DNA of 64,000 bases from Trichosphaerium sp. ATCC 40318 (lineage: Eukaryota > Protista > Tubulinea). The stretch covers positions 1-64,000 of the forward strand of contig JALMLS010000621.1 of assembly GCA_038496445.1 (NCBI GenBank). The letters run 5' to 3'. The translations under genes were made by a program, and so were the position numbers. Under the pieces are notes generated by a model, which was not told where the DNA came from, ran no database searches, and saw only the letters and a program-made list of their open reading frames with translations. Numbering within the stretch: the first letter of the stretch is position 1; each line of letters begins with the position of its first letter. This document shows, piece after piece, positions 1 through 11,600 of the stretch.

Positions 1-179
1 AAAAGCCACCTCCATCTCCAAAGTCAGCACTGAGAAGATCACCATCGCCAGGTACATCACCCTCCTCTCACTTGTTTTCTGTTTAATGAATATCCTCTCT
101 AATGTATTGTTAAGGTGCTGATAGTTCAAGACGTGTTCGGTTTGCCCTGGAAGATAATGTACTTCATTACGAAGAGTAA
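1..179 (+). CDS. 3' end of a gene truncated by the window edge (Pro/Ser/Arg-rich tail ending ...SRRVRFALEDNVLHYEE*)
   Basis: Exon KPPPSPKSALRRSPSP, GT..AG intron 52-114, last exon to TAA at 177-179. Confidence 0.5.
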
Positions 180-825
180 ACAACAAATAATTAAAGAAAA
201 AGCAGCAGGACTTACAGAACGCCCAAGCCTTAACTTTTTGTTGAATTTTGTTACTATCTATCCCAAACAAAGCGTTAAGACCAGATATAGTTGTGGTTAC
301 CACAAGATGTGAAAAATGAATTTTGTGGCTGTCTGAGAGTAACGTAATGCACGCCATTATCCCAAGAACCGTTGGAGGTTGAAATGAAGTAGTACTGTAA
401 GAACAACGCTGTTGGACACTTCATACGCTGAAGTATCCTTATGCAATCGCCTTTGCTATCATGCCAAGAAGCGTTCGCCATTGTAGTAGAGTTAAATAAT
501 GCTACGTCAAGTCGCCTTCAATCAATTACCTTTTACGCTTAAACATTGAACAACCTCGTCAAGTATTTGCTCACACCGAAAACTCACAAGACATTGAAGT
601 CTAGAGCAAAAAAAAACAATGAAGAATCTTTCAAGAACATATTGGATTCAAAAAACGTATGTATTTTGTTTCATTTTGATATGCTCAAGTGCATTAAAAG
701 AGATCAACATTGTTATGAAAAGGTAGCACCAACTACTAGAAAAGACAGTCACGTGATTTTTTCAATGGTGCGTATTGGCTTTACAGTTATACAATACCAA
801 GCGCCTAGAATTGTTTGTTATCTGT

Positions 826-1689
826 TTATCTGTAGATCTTGTGAGCTCCCAAACTTTTAACACCTTCATTTGTCACATTCCAACATCTCCATAGGCCTAT
901 CTCATAAACACCAGCAAGCACTCTGATACCTTCATCTGTCACTGAAGTGTAACCAAGGTAGATGGTATGAACACCTTTGAGTGCTTTAATACTTGCATCA
1001 GTAGTATTTGTGTATTGTAAATTAATCGCATATACACCTGCCAATGCTGCAATGCCTGAGTCTGTTATTGACGTACAACAAGCCAAGTCGATAGTGTGAA
1101 CACCTGCCAATGCCTTTAAACCTTCATCTGTGACACGTGTGTGAGCTAAACTAATCTCATGTACACCTGCCAATGCTGCAATGCCTGAGTCTGTTATTCT
1201 CTCACAAGTAGACAGGTAGATAGTGTGTACACCTGTCAATGCCTTTAATCCATCATCTGTAATATTTGTGCGTGATAAGTTGATACAATGTACACCTGCC
1301 AATGCCTCAACCCCCTCATCTGTTATTGAACAACAGTCATGCAAGTAAATAGTATGAACACCTGCCAATGCGATGATACCTGAATCTGTTACTGACTTAT
1401 TAGTCAAGACGATGGTATGTACACCTGATAGTGCCGATGTACATTCATCTGGCTCACAAAATCTCAAGTCAATTATCGTATTCTGTAGTAATGGACTGCC
1501 TGCAAGCAACTGAGCTTGATTCTCACTTCTTATATAGATACGGCCGTATCCAACGTGGTTGTGAACAATTTCTCTCAATAGGTGGCATGTTTGGGCTGCC
1601 CGGAGCGCACAAACAGTTGTCCCTTGTTTCAGAATATGCACTATTAGTTCAATTGGTAGCACAATAAAGTCAGTGTCTTTTTCTTCCAT
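826..1689 (-). CDS. F-box/leucine-rich-repeat protein (intronless)
   Basis: N-terminal F-box-like LPIELIVHIL, then about 9 LRRs of form GVHTIxLxxxxITDxGIxAL; ATG at 1689. Confidence 0.85.
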   Translation of the reverse strand: MEEKDTDFIVLPIELIVHILKQGTTVCALRAAQTCHLLREIVHNHVGYGRIYIRSENQAQLLAGSPLLQNTIIDLRFCEPDECTSALSGVHTIVLTNKSVTDSGIIALAGVHTIYLHDCCSITDEGVEALAGVHCINLSRTNITDDGLKALTGVHTIYLSTCERITDSGIAALAGVHEISLAHTRVTDEGLKALAGVHTIDLACCTSITDSGIAALAGVYAINLQYTNTTDASIKALKGVHTIYLGYTSVTDEGIRVLAGVYEIGLWRCWNVTNEGVKSLGAHKIYR

Positions 1690-2720
1690 TTTGTATGTTG
1701 ATCTGTTTAAACAGGTTTGGTTAGTTTTATTCAATGTAAAAACACTTTAACGTAAACCTTACTTCACACCTTGTACGATACTTTAGGGTTTTGAATTTAG
1801 CCTCTATCAGCCTTTTATAACAAAATTTACGTTTAGCGGTAAAACAAGGAAGCGCTGGGGTTCGCACTACCTTTTTGCGAAATTGATTAGAGCCACAATT
1901 GACTAAAAAATGCCACTGTTTTCTTCCAAAAATGTTGTACAAAATGCCGCCAAAGAACGGACTTTGAAGAAATACAACATACCGCCTAATTTCGCGAAAT
2001 GTAGTGCAAACCCAGCTGGCCTACCCACTACTTTTTTTGTGTCAAAACGTGCCTGTGGTGACAGTATTTTGACATTTGGAACAAAATCACGTGATGTTAG
2101 ATACTTTCACCCAAACCTCTTTTTGTCACTTTGCGCGTAGAGAAATGTATAAAAGTGTATTACTTACGCGAAATATAGTTTCTAAACTAGTTTAGGCTTA
2201 TGCACAAAAAGGAATAGGTTTTATCATGTGATAAGAACTGTGGACTTTATTTAGGTGCAAAAACTGACTTTTATTTCCACACTGCAAAGAACTGCTAAGG
2301 TGTAGAATGAGTCATAATTTAAAGTATCGAACCCAATATCAGAAAAAAGGAAGAAAGCTTCTAGAAGTTTGTAAAATAAAAACTTATTCCGACCATTTCG
2401 ATGTCCAAAAAAAAACTTTAGAAGGATCTCTCGTTGAAACGGTGTCACGTTCCGATATTGTGTATGCTAGTACCTCATTTAGCTGCAAACTTGAATACCT
2501 CATAACCCTGATAAGGAGCTTTATTGTAGGGAAGTGTATGGTGCACAAGATCACCTCACGCAGAAATAGAAAAAACTTTTCATAAATACCCAATTTTCAC
2601 GTGATTTGTTTACATCAAATGCCAAAAACAATTTACTTAGTACATAATTTATGCTCACTATAAGTGTTGTGAACTTCACGAACTCTTAAAGTTACAGAAA
2701 ATAAAGTTACACGTGTGTAA

Positions 2721-4231
2721 TTACTTATCAGTCTTTTTTGATGTTTTTGCTTTTTTTGTTGTTTTTTCTTCTTCTTCTCCTTTAGGTGCTCTCTTTCTTT
2801 TTCCTCTTTTTGTCTTTTTAACTTTTGGTTCAAACCTACGCTTAGGTATAGCCAAAGTGAATGCCTTTTCCCAATCATTTGTTTCAGCAAAAATAGCCAA
2901 AATCTCATACACTTTAAAAAAAAAGTCAGAAAGGCTTCAGTCGTACGATGTGGTCTCAGATAAAAATGAAAATGTCAATTATAAGTTTCTATATATTTAC
3001 CTTGATTAATAGTCAATACTTTACGACCTACAAGATCAACATATTCATCTATGAAACAAGGAGTAAGCATACAAAAAAAAACAATAAAAATTATTTGTAA
3101 ATTGAACACGTACCAATTGGAAGTCTTGCAGTTTCTATGCGTCTCTCATTTGCACGTTTATACGTGGCTCCTTTACATTGGTTGTGATCAAGTAATCCTC
3201 CAATGACATAAACCTTTTTTCATGTTAATAAACGGAGTAACGCAACAAAGCACTCACCATGCCAGGATCCAGTTTTGTAAGAACATTTTCTAAAGTAAAA
3301 AATATTAGTTTAAAATCCGCCATTTCAACCGCTCTTTGAAGGACGCACTTGATTCAGCGGTGAGGTACACAATTTTTTCAGGGTCATGTACTTCATGGTA
3401 AGGCTTTTCATTCCATTGTACCTTGAATACATAAGCAAAGAGAACAAAGGCGAAGTGTATTTAAAAAAAAAATTAATCCCTTACCTTCCATTTAGTATGT
3501 CCTGCGTGTTTATGAACGTGTTTTACTACTTTCCCTTTATAACTACAAAAATCAAGGTGAAATGGGTTATCCATCTTTTTATTCACGCCATAGCACTTAA
3601 CAAAAACAGTCAGCAAAAAACCAAAGATGTCGTTCAAAAAAACGCCTTTTGTCGCCCTAGTGCGACTTTTTTTTTTCGACATTTACAATTGGAAATATAA
3701 ATTTTGTAGTAGCCTTGTTCTAAGCTACTTTTTGTAAAATCAACGCAAACAACATTTTGACACTTTTTTCCCAATTTTCAGAATTTTTTTTAAACGCGTT
3801 ATTTGCATACCTGAAGCATTTGAGGTACTACTTTCCGTACATCTAGTAATTTTAACAAAAATTAAAGCAAGAAAATTATAAATTACCTTTATCCGTCATT
3901 TCATCCTCCCATTCCAAGTCAATTACTACCGTGTTATCCCTACACGCATTAAAATGAGAAATAATGTATTTTATGCTACAAATACCTGTATGTTGCAGTC
4001 TCAAGCCTTTTCTTACTCGTTCCAGTAGAATCTCTACCGTCTAATGCAAATATGCGTTCTCGTTCTTTTTCTTCAAATCTTCGTTTTTTATGTTTCTGAA
4101 TAACGTGAGCAATTTATATACGCTATAGGTGTTCGTACCTCATGCCAAAAATTTTGTAGATCATCACGGTTGTTCTCTGGCTTTTTGTACTCTTTTTTAG
4201 TTTTAGTTACTGTTTCCTCGTTCTCTGCCAT
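2721..4231 (-). CDS. TRM10: tRNA (guanine-N1)-methyltransferase, Trm10/SPOUT family, multi-exon
   Basis: Exons encode [32 protein letters not shown] and [24 protein letters not shown], which are Trm10 hallmarks. Confidence 0.85.
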
Positions 4232-4328
4232 GGTGTCAAGCGAAATATACAACAGACAGATCAAATAAACTTCGGCTGAGAACAAGTTTGAAAAATCGCG
4301 CTTTCGCAAAAATCTAGCGTCGTGAACC

Positions 4329-7300
4329 ATGAGTGAAGACGCTGCACCAATAACAGGTACACACACTATTTTATTAACCCTGTGAGGGTAAAAACGCATT
4401 CAAATAATATTTATTGTTAATTTGTTTTGTTGTAGAGCAAAGCGTATCTCCTGGTACTATTAGATGGTTTTTAAAATACCAATAACATTTTTAGATGAGA
4501 CAACGCCAAATGAGCCTCAAAATGATCCTATGGGTACATTTATTCCTTGAACATAAATTTTAAAGGCGTACTAATGAACTAAAAGAGACTGAAAGTGTGG
4601 TTCAAGCGACACCGGACACTAATTCCGCAGAAGTGCCTCAAGATGCGCCAGTACGTAGAAAACAACGTCTCAGACGAAGAACCAAAAGCAATGACACTTC
4701 AATTTTACAAACCCGTTTATCACACTAACACGTCCACAAGGCTCCTCAAAAACAGTTTGATATACCACCTGAACCAGAATCATCCCTGGACGACTGGAAG
4801 ATGCATACAACGCCAGAAGGCACACCATACTTCCATAACGCTGTAACCAATGAAACAACATGGATAAGACCGCCAGGATTCTTATCGGTGCGTTATTGTT
4901 TAGAAAACGTGGACTAGAAGCAAGTTTACAAGCTTTTTATTTTTTTGTCAAAAATCTGCTTTTTCTTCGTTCAGATGTCATTATAGAGACTTATATTTAC
5001 TACCTAGGAGGAAGAGAAAAAGAGGCCAGTGTCATCGTACGTACCTTGGATCGCGCTATGTATGTAAAACGCTTTTCTTTTCGTTTCAGCAAGACAAAAA
5101 AACAAAAGTTGGTAAAAAAAATTCATGACGTTTTTTCGCGATTTTGTTCGTTCATAGACCGCCATTATGTATTGAAATTGCATAGTACATATTGTTTCTT
5201 TATTATTTTTGGTCTATTCTTTTAGTACATGTTAGTGGAACGTTTTTATTTCGGGGTCTTTTGGCGGCGTATTTTTTTTTTGTTTTTTTTTTTTAATATG
5301 GTCTCGTAGCGATCGCATTGGAACTACTGATTGGATGATTGTACATACAGCTGGTGGAACACCTTATTACCACAATAGTGTCACTAATGAAACTACTTGG
5401 TCACTACCAAGTAATTTAAACTCCAAACCACAACTCCAAGACGAAGCTGAAAACAAAAGAAAGGTAACCAATTTTTTTGGAACAAAAAAAGACTTCAGCT
5501 CTCCATACTTCTATCATTTTGAGGTTATTTTAGTTTATATTGTAAGGTGTATGTATGCTAATAAGTGATAGGCTGATGAAGCGGGACTTGATGAGAATGC
5601 CCCATCACCTAAAAAAGCTAAAAAAGATGAAGGTCCTCCTCCTTTAACACATGATGAACGTATTGAGCTTTTTAAGACTTTACTACGTGAACACGATATA
5701 ACACCTGTCACTACATTCCAAAAACTAGCTCCACAACTTGTTTACGATAAGAGATTCACAGGCAAGCATTGAAACACCAAAAACCTTTTTTTTTTGTTGA
5801 AATCTTGACACTTTTTTTCCTTAATTTTGTGAGCCTGTGGCTCGTTTGTGTTCACATTTTTTTGGTTGGATTCTTATTTGGAGTTTTCATCTAGCTATTC
5901 AGACGCAGTCAGAAAGAAAATCAGTGTTTGATGGGTTTGTTCTTGAGCGTCAAAATGAAATCTTGAAAGAAAAAGAAATGGCAAAGAAGAAAGCTAAAGA
6001 AAACTTTGCTATTACTATTGAGGATATGGTAGATGATGAAAAGATTGATCCTGATATTACTTGGTCTGAATTCAAGAAGAAGGTTTCAAAAGAAAAATGG
6101 TATCAAGTCGTTAAAAGTAAGGCAAGCGTGTACCTCTTTTTTTTTCTTCTTTTTTTCTGAGAAAGTCAGAAAAAACAACCAAAGACATTCTTGAATTGTT
6201 CTTGTTCTTATATATTTTTATAGGATCGTGAAAAACTATTTAATGAAGTTATTGAGCCTATACGCGATGAATATCTTGCACGTACGCCTTAGAATTGTTT
6301 CTTATACTCGTCACAACATCAACTCTAGTCTGAATTTTTTTTTGTTTTTGGCGCTTGTTTTTTGTTTCAAATATCTGACTTGTGTTCTCTTTTAGAATTG
6401 AAGTATGCAATGTCGGATTTTAGAGAGCTTCTTGAAGAACAGGAAGATATTACAGGAAGTTCTAAATTTGATGAGGTCATGGAGATTATTGAGAAAGATG
6501 AACGTTTTGGTAAAGATTCTCTTCGAGAACGTCATAGACGTCGCATTTTTAAAAAGTATGTCGGCGAGCTACGAAAACAAGAGGATGAAAAGGCAAAGAA
6601 AAAGAAACGTGAGGAAGCAGCAAGACGTGCTAGGGAGGCTGAAGTTCGTCGTATTAAGCGAGAGCAGGCAAGAACATGTTTTGGTTTTTTTTTGATTATT
6701 TTGGTTTTTTTTTCTGGTCAGAAGTTCTTCTTTTGGACGGGTTCGTCGTGACCTATCTATTAAAAATATAAGCAAGTGTTTGTAGCTTAATTGGTTAGAG
6801 CCGTCCGCTGTTAACGGGAAAGATGGTGGTTCAAGTCCACTCAAACACGCTTGTTTGGCATACTTTTTGGGGAATATGCATAACGCGGCTTTTTTCGTTT
6901 TTTGTATTGTTATTTGTTTAACTGCTTTGTCGTCTAATGGAGGTTTTTTAGGATAGAAAAACTAATAGTAGAAGGTCTAGGCTGGAAGAAGACGAAGCAT
7001 ACGCTAATTTTAAAGCTTTACTTGCTGAGAATATTCAAGATCCATCAGTACGTCCTTGTTGGTTTTTTTTTTCAAGTTTTGTTTGTCCTTTTTCTCGTTT
7101 TCTTCTTATTTGCTTTTCTGTCGTATTTGAAGTATATGCTTATTTTTTATTATCTAGACTGTATGGGAAAAGGCACAGCAGAGGTTAGAACACGATAGAC
7201 GGTTTTTGACACGTTTGATTCCGAGAAGCGAAAAACAACGTATGTTTGTTGATCACTTACAGGATTTACAGAGTGTACGCTAGTTGTTTTATGTTTTTGT

Positions 7301-8425
7301 TACTAACGATGTAACTAGGTAAAATACAGAGACTTTAGACAGCTCCTTGAGGAGCAAGATATAAAGATAACATCTAGATGGCCTGATGTTTGTAAAGATA
7401 TTGAAAAAGATGAAAGATTTTCATCTGTTAGTAAAGATAGACGTCGTGAGTCTTTATTTGAAAAGTACAGATCAGAACTTGAACGTAAAATATACGAGGT
7501 ATGTATAATCATGTTTACAACGTAAAAACAGATGACCCTGCAGGCTGAAAACAGTTAGGATCTTTTTTGAGAATCTGTTTCCCAAAATTTTCCTTGAATC
7601 TTGTGCTTACTGACACTGTCTTGTAGCAATTTGATAAATTACTCAATGATACACCACAAATTAGTTGTGCTACTCCAATTGAGGGAGACGAATTTGATCA
7701 AATAATAAACTACATGCGGGTACCCAAAAGCTTTTTTTTTTTGTTTGGTCTTCTTCAAAAACAATCCTTTGTTTATTTGTCTTGTGTAGGGCGATAGGCG
7801 GTGGAAAGAACTTGATGTAGTACCAGAAACACGTTTACGTAAATTACGAAACTTTATAAAAGACTTAAAGGCCAAGGCAGAGAAAGGTATTCAACCAAAC
7901 CCCAACCAGTTTTTTTCTCTTGATTTCAATTTTATTTTGTTTGTGTGGTTTCTGATATCACGTGTTTTGGAGGTTTATCCTTTTTTTTTATTTTTTACCC
8001 TTGTCTCTTGTTAATTTCTTTGTAGCAACGAAAGGAGGTAAACTAGAACTCCCTTCACGTGATTCTAGAGATAAAAGAGACAGAGGAGATAGGAGAGGTG
8101 ATCGCCGTCATAGAAGAGATGACAGAGATCGTGATAGACATGATCGTGGTGATAGAGACCGTAGAGATCATGGTGGAAGAAGTGACAGGAATAGAAGGAG
8201 CGAGCGTGATCGTTACAGAGACAGCGGAGATAGAGATAGGTAAATGATATTGCTCAGTTGTTTAGAAATGACTTTCCTTTTACGTTCTTTTTATTTTTGC
8301 TATTGCTGATGCTTTATCATAGGCGAGATGATCGTGATGACCGTGATAGAAGGAGAAGAGATCGTAGAGATCATTCTAGAGATAGAGACGACAGCAGGCG
8401 TAGTGATAGAAGATCAAGACATTGA
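4329..8425 (+). CDS. WW- and FF-domain splicing/transcription factor (TCERG1/Prp40-like) with RD/RS-rich tail, multi-exon
   Basis: Two WW domains (WKMHTTPEGTPYFHNAVTNETTWIRP; WMIVHTAGGTPYYHNSVTNETTWSLP), several FF repeats (e.g. FRELLEE..KDERF..RRRIFKKY), RD-dipeptide C-terminus. Confidence 0.88.
6776..6849 (+). tRNA. tRNA-Asn (GTT), intronic
   Basis: Acceptor GTGTTTG/CAAACAC, D-arm GCTT/GAGC, anticodon loop CT-GTT-AA, T-arm GGTGG-TTCAAGT-CCACT, downstream T-run at ~6864. Confidence 0.88.
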
Positions 8426-8603
8426 TGTTTGTAATAAAAAAAAAGAAACAAATTATTGTCTAGTGAGTTCTGAAGTTATTTTTTTTCCAGCTGGAAAGCT
8501 ATCGATTCTATCGAAAAAGTTTTCCGACGTACAAACTTAAAATCTGTTACAGAGCACCAAGGTACGCCATTCTGCCATTACTCATCGCTGGATTTTTCCG
8601 TAA

Positions 8604-11600
8604 TCATAAGCAACTGCACTGAAATTGAAGTGAGCCCTTGAGAGAGCAATACTACCAATAACGCACGGTTATGGACCTTAGATTTTTCTTGCCCTTGATG
8701 TTGAAATTGTACTATAATGTGGTTTTAACGGGTTCTATTCCAGACCATTTTCAATATTAATGAGCTAGAATAATCATTGTGCACTCCGTTTGGTGACGGA
8801 TCGATTGAGCTTTGGGACTTCATTGAGATATCCTTTTTTGGAGGGTTCGAGTTAGTGCTCTCTTCACGTTAAAATACACTTCTTTTCTCAAAACAGATAG
8901 GTAATATCAACTCATATGTCGTCTATCTACGTTGTCGCATTTTTACTTACAGCTGAAATATTGTGCGTACCTTCACACGAGTAATTGAGGGATAACCTGC
9001 ATAATTTTTCGGCTGGCTATCTCTATGCTTTTTTTACCACTTTATTTGTACCTGTCACATGACTCAACAAAAAACTCTTTTGGACTAAAACCAACTTTTA
9101 TTTAACGTGTGAGGTTGTGTACAGCTGCTGCAAGAAAGACAAGGTAGTCCATTTGGATGGCTGGCCCAAACCACGCTTTTGATAATTTTTTGAATTTATT
9201 CTTTATCTGGCCAAATGGGCACTCCACTCGTGCACGGAAAGTTCTGATAGCTGCATTGTACTTGCGCTGTTTCTTAGTGAGTACTTTGATACTTCTCCCA
9301 GTTTTTGTCTTGGTGCTATTCCGTGGTTCTTTTAAATTAGCATGTATTGTTAAAGTTTTAAAGTATTGCTGTGCCTTTCTGAAGTGGTTGTCAGCAATGA
9401 TTGTTGCACCTTCAAAGGTCCAGTACTAAAATGAAAACGGGATTTTTGTAGAGAATCACCACAAAATCTCTAAAATTGGTGATTTTGTAGTGATTTCCAC
9501 CAAAAATCTCATTTTCCTCCAGAGATTTTTGAGAGATTCTCTCGAAAATCTCATTTGGTGAGAATTTATGGAAAACTCTCTTTTGATTTTGAGAATTTTG
9601 GAGAAAATCTCTTTTATTTTGAGAATTTTGGAAAAAATCTCTTTTTGTTTGAGAATTTTGGAAAAAATCTCGTTCAATAGAAGATCATATGTACAAATGG
9701 TTTTATTGAACAAGATTGTCATCAAAGTTTCTGTTATCAATTGGGTATAGATTGTTGATAGTAATTTACCAAATAAATGTTTTCATCAACTGGATCTGGA
9801 ACAATGCATGCCAGTTTAAACACCATAAACAGCGGAACGCAAGCTAAGCATTTTTGACGTTGTAAACTAACATTTAAATTAATACATATATCACACTTAT
9901 AATCACGTACGACACCAAGTTTGTTGCAGCATCGTATCTACTTTGAGGATCAACGAGAGTATACAATCTAAAACAATTAAGCTATTTTACTATGAAAAAC
10001 AGTCTCTAACCTTCCAAACACATAAATCTCTTTGCTTTGTTGTAATTGAATGATATGTGTTGTTTCAAGATAAATGCAATCACTTCTACTTTCATATTTG
10101 TTATTTAGTCTCCAAGTTTTGAAACATGTGTTTTTCTTTGGTGACGTAAATATTGACATTTCTCGAACTACGCATTTTGCTGAAGAATAGAGAAATACAG
10201 GATAATGTATGTCTATTGCTTGTGCTATCGAAGTATCTCGAATGAGTGCATCCATCATATCTGAGGATAAATGATGTAATTTTTTTTTACCATCTATAAA
10301 TTGTGAAAAGAAGTTTGGTTTTTAAAAAACAATGTACGTAAGGTCCAAACAGATTCTACATTGTTGTGTACTCTTTGTGCAATATAAGTATTCTGTATTG
10401 AAGGCTTTTTTTTCCCATTCAATGATATGAACGTTGAAATATGGTTTTGAAAGTCACCAGCTAAATATGATGAAATGGAATCACATTCTCTGGCCATAAT
10501 ATCGCTGTCTTTTGTTATTGTCAGGTATACAAAGACAACGTACTCAATTTTTTTGCATCCTTTGGTGCTGTGTTTCCAATTTTTGATTTTTTTATGCTTT
10601 GATTCACAACTGTAAGTGCTATAAGGGCAAGTCATTAGCTGTAATAGTACACAAAAAAAAAGTTAAATTTCTTTACTTACCTATAATGTTTTGGCATACC
10701 AAACATCTTTATTGACTCTTCGTGGTGAAGTATAGCATGGAAATTTGGTGTTTTAATGTTGACTTCTAGTAACACCTTGCAATCAATACAATTTCAAGGT
10801 AGTTAAGTACCATTATTAAACAGTACCTGGCAAGTATTTTCTAATTTTTTTTTTTAGTCTTTTAGCTTCTTTTGTAACGCGGTACAAGTGTTGTGCCTTT
10901 AAAAAATCCTTGGACATAAGAGCAACATATCCTAACAATACTTGCCTATTGTACATATTATATACGTCGTAGCGTTCTAAATGCGTACCATGTCTTTAAG
11001 ACTTTTTCAGAACAAAGTGGCTTGAAAACAAACAATGCCATTTGTAGAAATGATCTAACGTCAGTACCATCCCATTTTTTCTGTACTGTACAATTTCCTT
11101 GAGAGTCCCATATTGGTTTTATTCTGTATACAAATGAGTATGTATTAAACATGATACAAACGCACTTTGCAATTACCACATGTTTTTGACTTTTATACCA
11201 CTCGATTGCATCTTTTATTTTGGTTCTAGCTATCGCCTTCACTTCTTCATTTGTTTCTAACAGCGCAAATGTCCCTATCATGACTTGTTTTGATATACCC
11301 AAAATAATGTTATGAAAAGGACAAAAAGGAGTGTGTTGAAAGATGTCAAAGTTATGTAGAAACAAGAATGGTGACTAAAAAATGTAAGCAATTGTAAAAA
11401 AAGATTTAATTGCAAAGCAAAAAAGTCATGCCCATGCATTTAAACAAAGATTGTGTAAACTGTAATCTGTATTGGCCAATCGATAGAGCTTTTTTGCTTC
11501 TTGGGCTGTTCGTAATGTTTGACATTCTTGAAGATCAGCCATTGCCTCTTTAGTCAATTTGCAAACTCGGCATGGTAGATTTGCTGAGAATGATTTTATG

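Noticed and set aside
9456-9750. ORFs with KEIFSKILK / LRILEKIS repeats
   Set aside because: Translations of the left subterminal repeats.
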